DNA of 57,487 nucleotides, the filler included, from Sluysia triapertura (Eukaryota): assembly GCA_046118255.1 (NCBI GenBank). It is 4 parts of 4 records of this genome, joined end to end, with 100 filler letters (N's around TTAATTAATTAA, not from the genome) between each part and the next. Parts side by side here need not be neighbours in the genome. Positions count along the whole stretch, not along the records: positions 1 to 12,393 come from JBJNIA010113310.1; 3 more parts are not named here. The stretch is one strand, 5' to 3'. A program made the translations under genes and the position numbers. Of the stretch, positions 1 through 12,493 are shown piece by piece (the first letter of the stretch is position 1; the number at the start of each line of letters is the position of its first letter). The notes under the pieces were generated by a model that searched no databases, was not told the DNA's origin, and was given only the letters and a program-made list of their open reading frames with translations.

Positions 1-381
1 ATTTTGGGTGTTAATTGCAGTGTTTTGTTTATTTGTTTTGGATGAAATTTTAAATGTTGGGTCTGAACCACCACAAGCTCAGTATTTTTATTAATTATAG
101 AAATTTAAAATAGCTATGAACAATTGTAGGGTTAATAAAAGCATATTCAATTTTTCCGTATTTTATTAATAAAAATTCAATAGACAATATACAAAATAAA
201 ACTCCCAAATAATTTTGAAAATAAAATATTTATTAAATGTAATTAATTAAAATGGGCATACATCAATTTATTTCCATTGATATAATTTATGAATATATCC
301 ATCTATTATTGAGGACTACCTTTTTAACAATCTCAATTTTATTTTAATTTATATTGTTTTTAATAAATTTTTCAATTTTAG

Positions 382-637
382 TTTATATCATAAAGAAATT
401 GAACCAGAACTTAGTCGAGGTTCAACGCATTCAATCCGTACAATGAGTCCTCCATACACAGTTTTGACGAGCAAAGATATTGATGCAGTTACTTCAAATA
501 AAGAAGGCGTATCAGAATTCAAATTAGAATCCGATGTTTCAGAGAAATTTGCATTACTTGCAACCTCAAAATTATTTAGTTATGTACCTCAATTTGTCAT
601 TAGTATTTCCGTGAATCATGGATTAAGAACTAAATAA
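382..637 (+). CDS. Possible terminal exon of an unidentified gene
   Basis: Acceptor-like TTTTAG ends at 381, followed by 84 stop-free codons (LYHKEIEPELSRG...GLRTK*). No homology recognised. Confidence 0.3.
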
Positions 638-829
638 CTTAAACTGGTATATTTCAATACAATTTTCATGTATATCAAAGTAATATAATATATAGATTTT
701 TCACATTTTCTTAAATTTATACTATATTTATATATTATTAACTGATAATTATAGTCAATAGAATAAAATTGTTAAACTTTAAAATTCATTTTCTTACTAA
801 ATTATAAATTATTATTTAATTTTCACAAT

Positions 830-1318
830 ATGTTATGACGAAACATTTTCTACTTAAATAATGCTGAAAATGTGGAATATGACAATTTAGTGATGTTCAG
901 ATATATTAATTTATTTAAATGAATAATTAAACAATTTTTAATCGGAAAAATATTGAAATTTATTTTAGTATTTTTAAAGTAGTTGACTAAGTCAAAAATG
1001 TGCCGGATCAAATTACAAATGTTTAATTGAATGAATAAACTATTAAGAAATATTTGCGTATCAAAAAATTAATAATCCAGGTATAAAGTATACTTTATGG
1101 ATCTTTATTATATTCATGATCTAAGTACTCCGTATACAATTTTATTCTACATATTATTAAAATATGTGAGTACTAATAAGAAGTTATGACATTTAAATGA
1201 TATTCGATTTGTATTTAGAATGTCAAGTCAATATTCAAGTGGAATATGTGTGTGTTGTGAAAGTATCATTAAGGACTGCATTTCATGGTTATTTTATAGT
1301 GGGCAAAAAACGCAATAA
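830..1318 (+). pseudogene. Decayed intronless ORF of unknown family, with a Cys cluster (GICVCCES) near the end
   Basis: One frame reads protein-like for about 160 codons with scattered TGA/TAG/TAA stops. Confidence 0.25.
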
Positions 1319-1559
1319 TATTTTAAAACCATATTTATACTCAATGTTTTTTTTAAACAACTAAATCTAAAATTTATATTCCGATAAAATAATAATTGGT
1401 TAAAATAAATTAACAAAAATATTTTGTACTTTGTACTTCTGTACGACTTCTCTTAATAACGCTGGAAGAAAATATTGCCCATTATTGATTTGAAATATTA
1501 TTGAAACAATGCATACCAGATTTAATTGTCTTGTTTCTTTTTAAATAATAAATCAGCTA

Positions 1560-1800
1560 ATCTTTTTCTCATTAAAATCCTTATTTTCTCAATGGCATAA
1601 AATCATGTAAATGTAACGACCAATACTTTAATTTACTGCTACGTTTACGAGATTTTTCATTAATTAAACACTTGAAGTATTGTTAATTTTCTTCGTTGAT
1701 CACTTTTCACTTTTCCAATGTACCAGTTGCGTCAACCTTTTTAACATTTACTTATAATAGTAATCATAAATGTTTCAGCGGTAACTTGATACTGGGTCAT
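1560..1800 (-). mobile_element. Degenerate Tc1/mariner N-terminal (HTH) fragment
   Basis: Minus strand reads KKVDATGTLEK..SDQRRKLT, resembling the Tc1 'TGSVxxxxRSGRPRK' linker. Confidence 0.35.
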
Positions 1801-1923
1801 AAGGTATACTTTTCTATGGATATACATAGTCGTTTTATTTTATATTTTAAATAATAAATTATTATGTGATAAAAATAATCGGCACGATTGACTTATATGT
1901 AAGTAATGGAAAAATATGTAAGT

Positions 1924-1926
<3 letters not shown>

Positions 1927-1963
<37 letters not shown>
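1927..1963. repeat. (TA)n microsatellite just inside the left Merlin TIR
   Basis: Direct reading. Confidence 0.9.
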
Positions 1964-1967
<4 letters not shown>

Positions 1968-2096
1968 TTGAATTATACAATGTTTTAAACTATTTCAATG
2001 CGCAAAAAGTATAAATTAATATTAATTAAAAATAGGTTTTAAAAGTGTTTTGTTTTAATAAATCATTCGCCTACTTTTTGAAAGAATTAAGCTAAA

Positions 2097-2947
2097 TTGG
2101 AAATTCAACCTGAAGAGATTATTAGATTTCTTCAAGAGTTAAATGTGTTTCAAAAAAATGTAACTTGTGATAAATGCAATAATCCGATGTCATTCATATC
2201 TGTTAATTCATTGATTGATAAATTTGCATTTCAATGTCCTGAATGCAAATCAAGACATTCGGTCCGTAAAGGTTCTACATTTTATAATTCGAAACTTTCA
2301 ATTCAAGAGATTTTAGCGGCTCTCATAGGATTTATACGAAACGAATCTATTTAAAAAGTTGCAGAAACTCTCCATTTATCAGAAAGGTGTCTTGTAAAGT
2401 GGTATTCAATATTCCGTAGTTGTATCACTGTGCATCTTGAAAATAATTTTCAACAACTTGGAGGAGTGGATAGAATTGTTGAAATTGACGAATCTGTCGT
2501 TGGGAGACGAAAGTATAATGTGGGAAGATCAAGGGATCAACAATGGTTGTTTGGATGTATTGAAAGGTCAACATCTAAAATATTAATTGTGTTGATAGCA
2601 GAACTAAAATAGAGTTAGGTGCTTTAATCAAAGATGTAATCGCCGATAATACATTAGTGATGTCAGATGAATGGCCCGCTTATATGAGCTTTTTTTCAGA
2701 AAATACATTTAATTATTCCCATCTGGCTGTTAAACACAAAGAAAACTTTGTAGATCCTGATTCAAGTGCTCATACACAGAACATTGAGTGTGTTTGGAGA
2801 AGACTGAAAGATATGCTTCGTGCGAAAAATTATGTTCGAAGATCAAAACTTTCGTCATATGTTGATGAATTCTGTTTTCGAGAAAAGTTTAAGTTCTTTG
2901 AATATCATGATTATTTAATGTTTATTGAAATAATTAAATTGTTGTGA
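2097..2947 (+). pseudogene. Merlin/ISXO2-like transposase pseudogene (about 280 aa)
   Basis: Zn ribbon CDKC...CPEC; motifs VEIDES..GRRKYNVGR, SDEWPAY, HTQNIE..W..LK and YVDEFCFR. One in-frame TAA (2352-2354) and one frameshift near 2590. Confidence 0.92.
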
Positions 2948-3044
2948 AACTTTAAATACTATTTTATAAATTTAATATTTGACTTACATATTTTTCCATT
3001 ACTTACATATAAGTCAATCGTGCCAACTTTATTTATAAAATGTT

Positions 3045-4090
3045 TTATTTTTCAAATATTCTTCTTTCTAAAGCTAAAGCCACATTCTTCATCATTTCGA
3101 AAACATAATTTGTGCAATCCATAGGCGTAATTTTTATAATTTGTTCCCGAACAATATCTTCAATTTCTACATTTATTCCCAAATTAAAATCAGAAGCGAG
3201 CTCTGATCGCACAAGTAACTTAATCTTAGAAAAAATTCTTTCTACGGGATTAAGCATATATGAATAGGGAGAAAGAAATTGAAGAATATATGATGAAGCC
3301 GCAACTCGGCTGTTCACTTCTTGAACTTTATGAATTTTGGCATTGTCCATTACAAGCCAAGAACCTTTAAATGAAGTATCATTATCAAGTTCACTGATAA
3401 ATTCTGAAAAAGAAGTTCCATTGCACGTACTGCTAGAAATACTTTTATGATGTATAATTCCTCTTTTAGATGCAGCAATGATTAAAGATTTAATCCTTCC
3501 TCAGACCGAAGGCACATAAATTGAACCCCGGATTCATCAATAAAGATGCACAAATCTTTATTTTCCGGGGAGGTATAGTAAAATGAGAAGCATAAATTGC
3601 TCGTTTATTTAGAGTATCATTAGATTTAACTCTATCAATAATTATAGATGATCTTTTCAATGTTATCATTAATTTAATTAGCGCTTTTGCTATTGTTGAT
3701 GTGCAAACACGAATGACTTTCTAATAGAATTTTTTACATGTTTTTAGTGAACATGTAGCTGCATCTTTTATGCTCATGCCATCCTCATTTAAAAATCGCT
3801 TTAGATTTTCTTTGTTTACGATTTGTATCTTTTTGTATTTATCGTGCTCAGTACTTTTTGAGTTTTCTTCAAAATTAATACTTGTTAAACAAATTTTACC
3901 ATGTAGTTTTAAAAATGAATATTATTTAAACAAATCTATAATAATTTTGTAAAATGTTTAATTTTTCGAAATGCTATAAATAAATTGTTATTAAATAAAA
4001 AACCGAACGATTTATTTTTTGCGTAAATGTCTAAAAATCGCCTGCTTTTCAGCTTGGATTAGGGTAAAATAGCCCGCATAGAATGTGTTA
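3045..4090 (-). mobile_element. IS630/Tc1-like DD34E (DDE_3) transposon remnant
   Basis: CIFIDESG (near 3530-3550), then VMDNAKIHK...FLSPYSYMLNPVE with 34 residues between D and E. The 5' part is frameshifted. Confidence 0.85.
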
Positions 4091-4199
4091 AAATTTTAAT
4101 ACAGTTTTCATTTTGTTTAAATGTTTTTTTATAAAATTTCCTTGCATTTTGAATACATTTTAATTAACAAAAATAGTCAATAAAATTGTTTTTTGCAGA

Positions 4200-4910
4200 T
4201 TCAGACTTAACTTCGAAGAAATAAAATTAATTCTAAAACACTACTGGAAACATGAAAATGTAGTTGAAGTGCAAAAAGAACCTCCAACGTGAATTACCAT
4301 CACTCGAATTAGAAAAACCGATGGAAGTTCAAAAACAGCGTTCCGAAAGACCACGAATATCAACTAGCTCCACGGGAAGAAATAGTACTGGAAAGTTTTT
4401 CCGTGATTTTGGAATTTCAAAATCATCGCATTTCGCAACATTGTCATTGGAAAAGTTAGTCTATATTATTAATGACGATGATCCAGACCGAAAAGTGCAC
4501 TATTGCGAGTGGTATTTGGACACTGTCAGAAATATGCATATTTTTCAACAAAAATTGTGTGGAATGATAAGGCCGCATGCTACTGTCGATTTACGGGAAT
4601 AACAGTGTAATATGGTTTATTATCAAGAGAGTTATTTGGACCATTATTTTTTGACGCTACTTTACTTAATTTACTTAAACTTGCTGCAACAGCCTCTTAA
4701 GCCAAACATCAAAACTGACTTTGAAAATGAAATGTTCTTCCTTCATGAGTTCTTGCCAAACATGTGGATTGGACGAAGGGGTTTTGTTGAATATCCTCCC
4801 CGTTCACCACACCTTAGACTACTAGATTTTTTTCTTATGGGGATAGCTAAAAGACAAAGTATATGCTACAACAGTCGCTGAATTGAAAGAAGCAATTGAA
4901 CATACATTTG
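4200..4910 (+). mobile_element. Tc1/mariner rosa-like (DUF4817-type) transposase remnant
   Basis: WIGRRGFVEYPPRSPHLRLLDFFL matches the WIGRxGxxxWPPRSPDLTPLDFFLWG motif; upstream DDPDRKVHYCEW. Multiple frameshifts. Confidence 0.8.
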
Positions 4911-5199
4911 GCCAAATATTTTTTATTATATAATTTATTACATTTTTATTTCGTTCTGCTGTACATCGTCAATATGACTTCCGTAAAATCATATATTTCT
5001 ATTAATATTTCTGTATTGTAACTCATTATTATTAACATACATACTAATTTGTGATTGCATTATTATTATTTGTTTGTTAGTTTCATTAATTAAATTCACT
5101 AAAGTTGTTTTAATATAATAATAGTCCATTTTAAAAAGTTTTTAAACCATCTCAATTTTAAATAAAGTATTGAATGTGCTGTATTTGAGATCGACAGCG

Positions 5200-6585
5200 T
5201 CAGAAAAATGCAACAAATGTTTCTTATTAATCTTTTGATTTTACAAAATGATATTGTAAAATATATTGGATTCGAATACTACCGGTAAAAGGACTAAACA
5301 ATATTTAGCTATCAAAACACAAAATCGCTCAGTAATGTGCTGTGAAAGTATCTCAAGCGAATGCAGATGTTATCACGATTTGAAATTACTTGAACCAAAA
5401 GTGCACAGACGTCTGTTGCATCAGCGCAGGATTCATTAGACGAGAAGGCAGTCACATGTGTTAAACTAAAACAGTTTAAAATTAAATATGTTTGTTTCAT
5501 AGAAACTGCACTTTATTATCTTTTTGGTTCCAATATGTTATGAAGTTTTATTTTAAATTTAACTTTTAATTTTAAATTTTAAGTTTCATTTTGATTTTTG
5601 TTTCACAGTTGATTTTCATGATGTGAATAAAAAAGGCCTTAAGCCGATCAAGAATCCATATTTTTGTACGAGTAAATATTTTAGACGTAGAATGGGCCTT
5701 AAGTACATATTTTGTAATATTACTTTTAAAAATACAATTATTAAAGATAGATTGAATACACATTTCAAATGATTAAATATACCCCAATCATTTCAAAGGG
5801 TATTACGATTGATCATACTATCAATATGGATGAGGTGATGTGGCATTTGATAAGCCAATAAATCAGACAGTGGAAAAAACTGATACGAAATCAGTATTAA
5901 TTAGAAACGGTATCAATCGGCCATCGTTAACAGTTGCATTAGCATATCAGGGTAATGGAGAGAATCTTCTAAAGGATGACACTACCAAGAGAAACATTTC
6001 CCTCAGATATTCTGGTGAATACCAATAGTAAAGGATGGATGGACGAAGATATGATGGTGGAAGGTCTTTCCCATGTTTATGTTACACGCAATGATGGATT
6101 CTTCCAGCAAAAGACATCTCTTTTGATCTATGACACCATGAATGCTCATATTACCGAAAGATGAAAAATTGTATAAGGTGTATGTTTATCGAAGGTGGCC
6201 TTTCGAAGTTTTTCAACATGACACTGCTGTCATTGGGTCATTTAAGTCGAATTTGAGACTGAAATGGGAAAATTGGATGACAAGAGTATACTGTCACACC
6301 AACAGGAAGACAGCGAAGAGCAAGCTATTCCACACTATGCTAATGGATTGTGAAATAAAGGCTTCAACAGTGATTAAAGGATTTATTTAGGCTAAAATAC
6401 TTAGTAAAGATGATGATGGTGTTAGTATAAGCGAATGTGACATCTTAGATGACAAAGAGCATTAAATTTTGTTGTAATTGATTTAATTTAATATATTAAT
6501 CAGTCAACTCATTGTTAGGGTGCGCCTTATAAAAACACTTTACAGTTCATTTTTTAGGATACGCCTTATAGTCTGGAAAATACAG
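5200..6585 (+). mobile_element. pogo-family (DDE_1, POGK/Passport-like) transposon remnant
   Basis: Motifs NMDEV..FD.P.NQTVEKT..KSV.IR, NSKGWMDE.MM and LLIYD....H.T. The right end reads CTGTATTTTCCAGACTATAAGGCG on the minus strand from 6585, a pogo-type TIR. Left boundary approximate. Confidence 0.85.
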
Positions 6586-6663
6586 TTGACTAAAAATAAG
6601 AAAATTTAAAGAATTATGTTTAATTCTGGAATTCTTTTTAGATTTAAAAGTAATAAAACTAAC

Positions 6664-9600
6664 TCAGTAACCACAACAACCGAAACATGATTCATTATTT
6701 CGTCATACACATCATATAAATCGATAATACTAGTGAAGTAAATAATAACTCCTCCATTATCCATACTACTACTCAACATAGGAAGTATTCGTCTTTTAAA
6801 TACACTTAAGTGACCAGCTAAAGTCAATTTTTCATCCTTCAAAACTAAACCTGATGTCATAAATTCGTTATTTTTGTCCTTGTTATCATCGAAATTAATG
6901 CTGTCATCTTTATCAGGAATTAATATTGGTATATCAATCACTTGGAATTCAATCTTATTTTTCATTGTTGATTTCAATTTTTTCTTCGGTGGCTCCTCAG
7001 AAAATTCATCATTTTGAAACCACGAAATACTAGTAGAGAAAAGCAAGCAATATCCTTGAAAATCTAAAAAAAGTTCAAAGTGTAAATATAAATTAATTAT
7101 TGAGTAAGATTTTCATAAATTCATTATTAAAATAATAAAATTTTTTATTATTTCGTAAGCATTAATAAATATGCTGTGGTGATTCAAGATCTTACATCAT
7201 AACAAATTAAAAAATTAAATCATTTAATTATCCATCGACTCAAATGAAATGCGATGTAAATATTATTAGCGGATCAAATAACTAAACAGCTATTTTTTAA
7301 AAATGATTAAGTTACAGTAAAAGTTTGTTCAGATGGTGATATTAAATGTAAAGAATTTAAAGTAAACATATTTTAAAATCCAGAGTTTTTAAAGTTCGTT
7401 TCGCTAAGATTAAAGAATTTCAATTAAATGGTTCTTTTCGCTAACGTTCCTTTTTTGTTTTGTTATTGTTGCTAAAGATCACTTTAAAAGTTTTTGAATT
7501 TAAAAGATATAAAAACATTTATGAATTTTTAAATTATGATACTAAAAATTTATAAGTTAGTAAAAATTATCAGTTGCTTAAAAATAATCCGAAAATGAGT
7601 TTTTATTACTCAAAAAGATGTCGGTTTTATAGTTAATAAACACTTCTTTTGATTTGATCACCCATAATTATTACCAAAAGCTTTTATTTCATTAAGGACC
7701 TTAAGTCCATAATTTTTTATAAACGAATAATTAAAACCTTCAGTAACTCAATTTTTGTAATATTAAATTTAAAACGCCCTTTTTATTTATTCAATGTTAG
7801 TAATATATTCAAAGCATTTAACCAATCAAATATTACACCAAAACTAAATATTCGAAGTGCTCTTATGTGCAAGTTTAAAATAAAATAAATATTTCGCTTT
7901 CTATTACCAGGTTACTTATACTGGTAATAATAAGTAATTACTGCTAATAATAACCAGTAATTGAGTAAATATTGAAGATGCTAAATACAAAGCAGGAATA
8001 TGCAATCGAGAAATTACAAGCTCTTCCTAGCACCAAACTGTAATTTTACTAAAATTGGTAATAAATAATTAGCAACTATAATATCACATCAACTATAATT
8101 GTTTAGAAACACTACAATATACTTTAAAATAAAATCTGCGTTAACTAAAATATGAAGTAGACCATGTTAATCTAACAACTGATGGCATAAATGTTAAGAG
8201 GCGAGACAATTAATTCAAATAGGCTTGGTAATTATTCATACGATTGGCATACCTTAAGGAAAAAAGAACTTATGAAGAGGAATCTACAATATCATGGGCA
8301 ATCTTCGACTCTTATTGAAATAGTAATATTGTAATGACAAAATAAATTCAGATAAATGCGGTAATATGCTATAATCACATTTCCTACCAACGGTGTTGAA
8401 CAAAGAAAGCTTGAAAACCGTTCTGAATGTTAAATCATTATCAAGCACTCGCGAAATGGTTGTGGAACTTGGTGTCAATCAGAAGATAGTGATCTCAAGC
8501 AATTTCACTTTGTCCACAAAAAGTAACTCCAAAATCTTCATGAATCCCAGGCCACCTATCGCTCTTCAGTTTTTGGTAGCGAATTGTGAACTCAGGCGAT
8601 AAATGGATTTACCTTGTCAATCACGATCGAAACAAAAGGTCAAAGTCTTCAGTCCATTTCAAAGCAAAATCAATGTTGAAATTTTCAAAGTAATCACTTG
8701 GTGGAAATTCGAAGAAATCTTGCATTTTGAACTTGTGTCGAATGGTCAAGCCATCAGGTCTGAATTGCATTGCAACTCGATGGAATGTACGGTAAAGTAG
8801 TAGCATAGTCTTGAAAACGCACTTTCATCAAAAAGTTTTCAAAAAAGGTACAAAAACATTAATAATGTAGAAATCAGCTGGGTATTTGCATATATTTTTG
8901 TATACAATTTAATTCTTTGAAAATCATAAAAATTGGTTTTGTTTTTCAATGAAAAAAATTAAGTATGAAAATAGCTGTAATTATTACCAAAGTAATCAAT
9001 TTTAATTTCAAAACAGCATATTTTAGGCGCGCATTTTTTTCTTTAAAATATATTTGCGTAACATTCGGTTGAATTAATTATTGGAACTTCGATTGTTTAA
9101 AATGAATTAACTCAAGTGAACATGCTGAAAAAGTGAAACTATTCTTAACAGCGCCTATGAATAATGCAAATAATTTGAAGGTAAATTTATACCAATGACA
9201 TTCCGCTTCCCAATCGGATCAAATTGATCCGAGTGTTATTTTCCAATAATACATTAGATGAAAATTGTTTTGACTCCTGAATTTTATGTTCACTTGTAAA
9301 TAAAGTTAGTATATTAAATCAGTTGTATAAAGAATTAATCATAACACAAATGCTTTTATAATGTTCTTTTACAAGAGACTGTCTAAAATTTATGTAAAGT
9401 TACTTGCCCTAATATCAAGAACTCTTTCGTAAATATATGATTAATAATATCATGATTTAATAGATGACGTAATAGAGCAGAAAGAATATACTGCGATGGC
9501 ATATGATAGAAGCTTATATTAACCCTGTTAGTTTGTGTTAGTATTTCTTGATGTGTACACTGAATTAAAAATGCCTAAGTAATCGTATAAAATAATTATA

Positions 9601-11066
9601 TAAAAACTTACTGTAACAATATTTCATAATGGTATTTAAATATGGATTTAAAGTTGCACTTAAAATAATATTTTGCCGATAATATTTCGCCAAATTTATC
9701 AATGCCCATTTAAACGTTCTAAAACCTTGCACTTTATAACCATGTTTATCTATTGCAGCAGAAGGTTTATCATTTAATGTCGACATAATATCAGTTATAT
9801 ATTGGAAATTTTGTTGTAGTAAATATTCCAATTGATCAATAACAAAAATTTCAATAGATGTCGTCAAAAGGTTCTTGGATACTAAATCCCTAAATTAAAA
9901 TTGATATGTAAATAGTAGTTACTTGAAAAATTTAAAACCTTGTAAGCAATTTGTAAAATGACATAACATACTTTTTATCATTAAACATCTCAACCACTGC
10001 CAATGGTGATGCAATAACAATATCCGCATCTTGATACTGGGCATTTATTTTGAAAATTTTATTTCTAATTGATATACCAACAGCAAAACGCTCGTTTGTA
10101 TTTCCTTCTGTCCATTCATCTTTATCTATACCTATTTTTGTAACCTTATGTTTCACACTAGCAATTTTTTCTCTTAATTGCAAAGAAGAAATGTGCTCCT
10201 TGTCTTCATCTGTTTCACTGCAATTGCTGTCACTTGCATCAAAATCATCTTCATTATATTTTTTACTAAAGTTTTTTTTAAATATATCCCATTGTTTTGT
10301 GACTTTACTATTTTCAGGCATAAGTTTTTGTAGGCACTTGGAATATTTTAAGCATGAATTGCCATTAGGTACCAAAATTAAAACTCGACATCTATAAATT
10401 CCTTGATCTCTAGAAAATAGATAAATTTAAATATATAGCTAACCTTATTTTTTCACCAGTATTTGCACATAAGACGTTATGCTTTGCAATTAATTTACGT
10501 CCTCTTTCAAAAAAAATAAAATTATAATTAATATTACTTGAGTACGTGATTTATGACATGAGTTGATACTTTCATTCGTAAAGCATCACTTTTTTGGTAA
10601 TAGCGCTTTGTGTAAAAAACATCTTCATAATTTTCCATTGCAGTAACAAATTTACTTTTATTAGCATCGTTATCCATGAGTGGAAAATTTTCACGATCTA
10701 CGGTAGAAATGACGCCCTTTGATTCATTTAAATTTAATGGCTTTGAATTTAATACATGTAAATTATTATGAGGATAGTAAAAATGCCGAGTAAAGGCATT
10801 ATTTTTAGAAGGCATGCTTAAATAATAAATAAATATATTTAAACAAAGTAAATATATAAAAAAAAAGCCAATTAAAATTTTTTTTTACTTTTCATTACTT
10901 TGTAAATATTTCTTAGGCAAGTTTGTACTATAAAATTATAATATTTATTTAAGATATCAGTTATTACTTATTTTACTATTCTGAATTTTGAATTTAAAAT
11001 TATTAAATAGTTAATTTAATTTACTTAAGGAATACGTTCTGTTGTATACATTCTTGTATCTCTAAT
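6664..11066 (-). CDS. UTP25: U3 snoRNA-associated protein 25 / digestive organ expansion factor, partial. Exons 10538-10816, 10444-10503, 9972-10409, 9612-9889, 6664-7063; tentative 5' mini-exons 11025-11066 and 10889-10927
   Basis: Phase-consistent GT-AG splicing gives HVINHVLK, RDQGIYRCRVLILVP, DIVIASPLAV, SIEIFVIDQ..LLQQNF, AKYYRQNIILS, CY/NFQG and FKRRILP...VIIYFTSIID. These are colinear with the UTP25 motifs RDQG.TRPKVLIL.P, DIIIASPLGL, SSIE..IIDQ..LMQNW and YYRQT..FS. First and last exons not found. Confidence 0.85.
8290..8990 (+). mobile_element. mariner (SETMAR-like) remnant inside a UTP25 intron
   Basis: KVITWWKFEEILHFELVSNGQAIRSELHC resembles mariner KVML.VWW...G..HFELL..GQTINSE.YC; HTH remnant STREMVVELGVNQK. 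Confidence 0.8.
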
Positions 11067-11262
11067 CTATAAAATGAATTATTTATTAAAATTTTAATCT
11101 ACGAATATTTATTCAATATCAAAATTTATAAATTTCTATAACACCAACACAAGTTTTAAACTTCAAATCTACTTTAAAAGTAATATATATTAATCAAATA
11201 TATCTCATAATTCATTCACTTTTACATCAGTAATAATAATAAAATCTAATACTTTTACATTT

Positions 11263-11359
11263 TGTTAACTTCATAAAATGGACTGTCCGAGAATCGATTC
11301 CAGGCCCTCTGGCTGCGTAGTTCGATGCTAGACCCACTGAGCTATAAATCCGTCTAACA
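11263..11359 (-). mobile_element. tRNA-containing TG...CA element, copy 1 (diverged)
   Basis: Minus strand reads TGTTAGAC-GGATTTATAGCTCAGTGG...ATCGATTCTCGGACAGTCCA-TTTTATGAAGTTAACA. Confidence 0.7.
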
Positions 11360-11607
11360 TTTATGTTTTATTTTAGTTCGAGATTATTGAAGGATAAAGG
11401 TCGATATAAGGGTCAGAACTGAAGATAATAGAATAAGGTGAATGTTATTGAAGAATTAAGATAACTGTAATAGTAAAATAGGCATATAAAATACTTGAAT
11501 TAAAACAAAATAATGAGATATATGAAGACATAACTATTTACAAGGTTTTATTTGTTAAAATATTAAAGTACATTTTTTAATTAACTTGATTAAAATTTGT
11601 TTAATGT

Positions 11608-11750
11608 TGTTGGGATTGTCTAATGTGGATTAGGTGATTAGTAAGAGGCATATGAAATCACAAAATGAAGGAAGAGTTGATACGAAGTGATGGATTGAAA
11701 TTATAAACATTGTTGGAAAAAGAATCATGAAAATAAAACCATAACTTTAG
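11608..11750 (+). repeat. Solo-LTR-like fragment homologous to 31626-31999
   Basis: TGTTGGGATTGTC...TTATAAACATTGTTG.AA.AAGAATCATGAAAA is shared with the 31.6-kb copy. A second related pair lies at about 11376-11465 and 11909-12000. Confidence 0.6.
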
Positions 11751-12393
11751 AATCTCAATAAAACTGTGTATGTATTTTTTGAAAAGACCTTTCGATGAAG
11801 GTATTGTTTGATCGAGTTCACGCAAAGAAAGCCTTAATATTGAGCAAAGTCAAATTTTAAATAATTTTTAATTATGCAATGTTGAATTTTTTATACTTAG
11901 GATGATACTGTTGGGATTAGCGAAGAATAATGGTAGATGCAAGGGTCGAAACTAAGAATGAAAGAATAGGTTCAACATTATTAAAGAACTAAGACCAGGC
12001 ATTATGATGAACTGCTGTTCGGTTTTTTATCTACTCGAACAATTATCAAAAGAAATTTAATAAGTTGGGTCCGCCTACGTTAAACGATATATCTTACCTA
12101 GAAGGACGTTTACGTAGGATTTAAAGCTGTCAAAAAACTGAAGGTCAGAAAAGCTTTTTATGCGCGTAAGGTTGAGAGTTATCTTATTTAATAACTATGT
12201 TCTTTATCTGCTAATTAATTTATCTCCTAAAATAAATTTCAATTTTTTAATTGTCTTTAACTGTAAAAACTCTTATTTATACAATAATTTTATTTTATAA
12301 CTATGTTTCAAAATCTTAACACTGTTGTGTTTTTCAATAAAATTATTAACCCTTCTTTATAAAAACTGAAATCAAACAAAACCGAATCTCTAT

Positions 12394-12493
12394 NNNNNNN
12401 NNNNNNNNNNNNNNNNNNNNNNNNNNNNNNNNNNNNNTTAATTAATTAANNNNNNNNNNNNNNNNNNNNNNNNNNNNNNNNNNNNNNNNNNNN
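12394..12493. other. Artificial assembly linker
   Basis: 44 N + TTAATTAATTAA (stop codons in all six frames) + 44 N. Confidence 0.97.

Larger units (their letters stand above)
1881..3024 (+). mobile_element. Merlin (IS1016/IS1595/ISXO2-like) DNA transposon, 1144 bp
   Basis: Perfect 46-bp TIRs GGCACGATTGACTTATATGTAAGTAATGGAAAAATATGTAAGTCAA at 1881-1926 and 2979-3024, each with an internal ATATGTAAGT repeat. Encloses a transposase. No TSD visible. Confidence 0.93.

Noticed and set aside
1-82. Hydrophobic exon FWVLIAVFCLFVLDE
   Set aside because: It is the G/T-rich strand of a TGTGGTGGTTCA repeat end also present at 42696.
10050-10397. 115-aa plus-strand ORF
   Set aside because: Antisense shadow of a UTP25 exon.
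12438-12449. TTAATTAATTAA recurring in all three gaps
   Set aside because: Identical 44N-12-44N layout each time; a synthetic six-frame stop linker, not biology.
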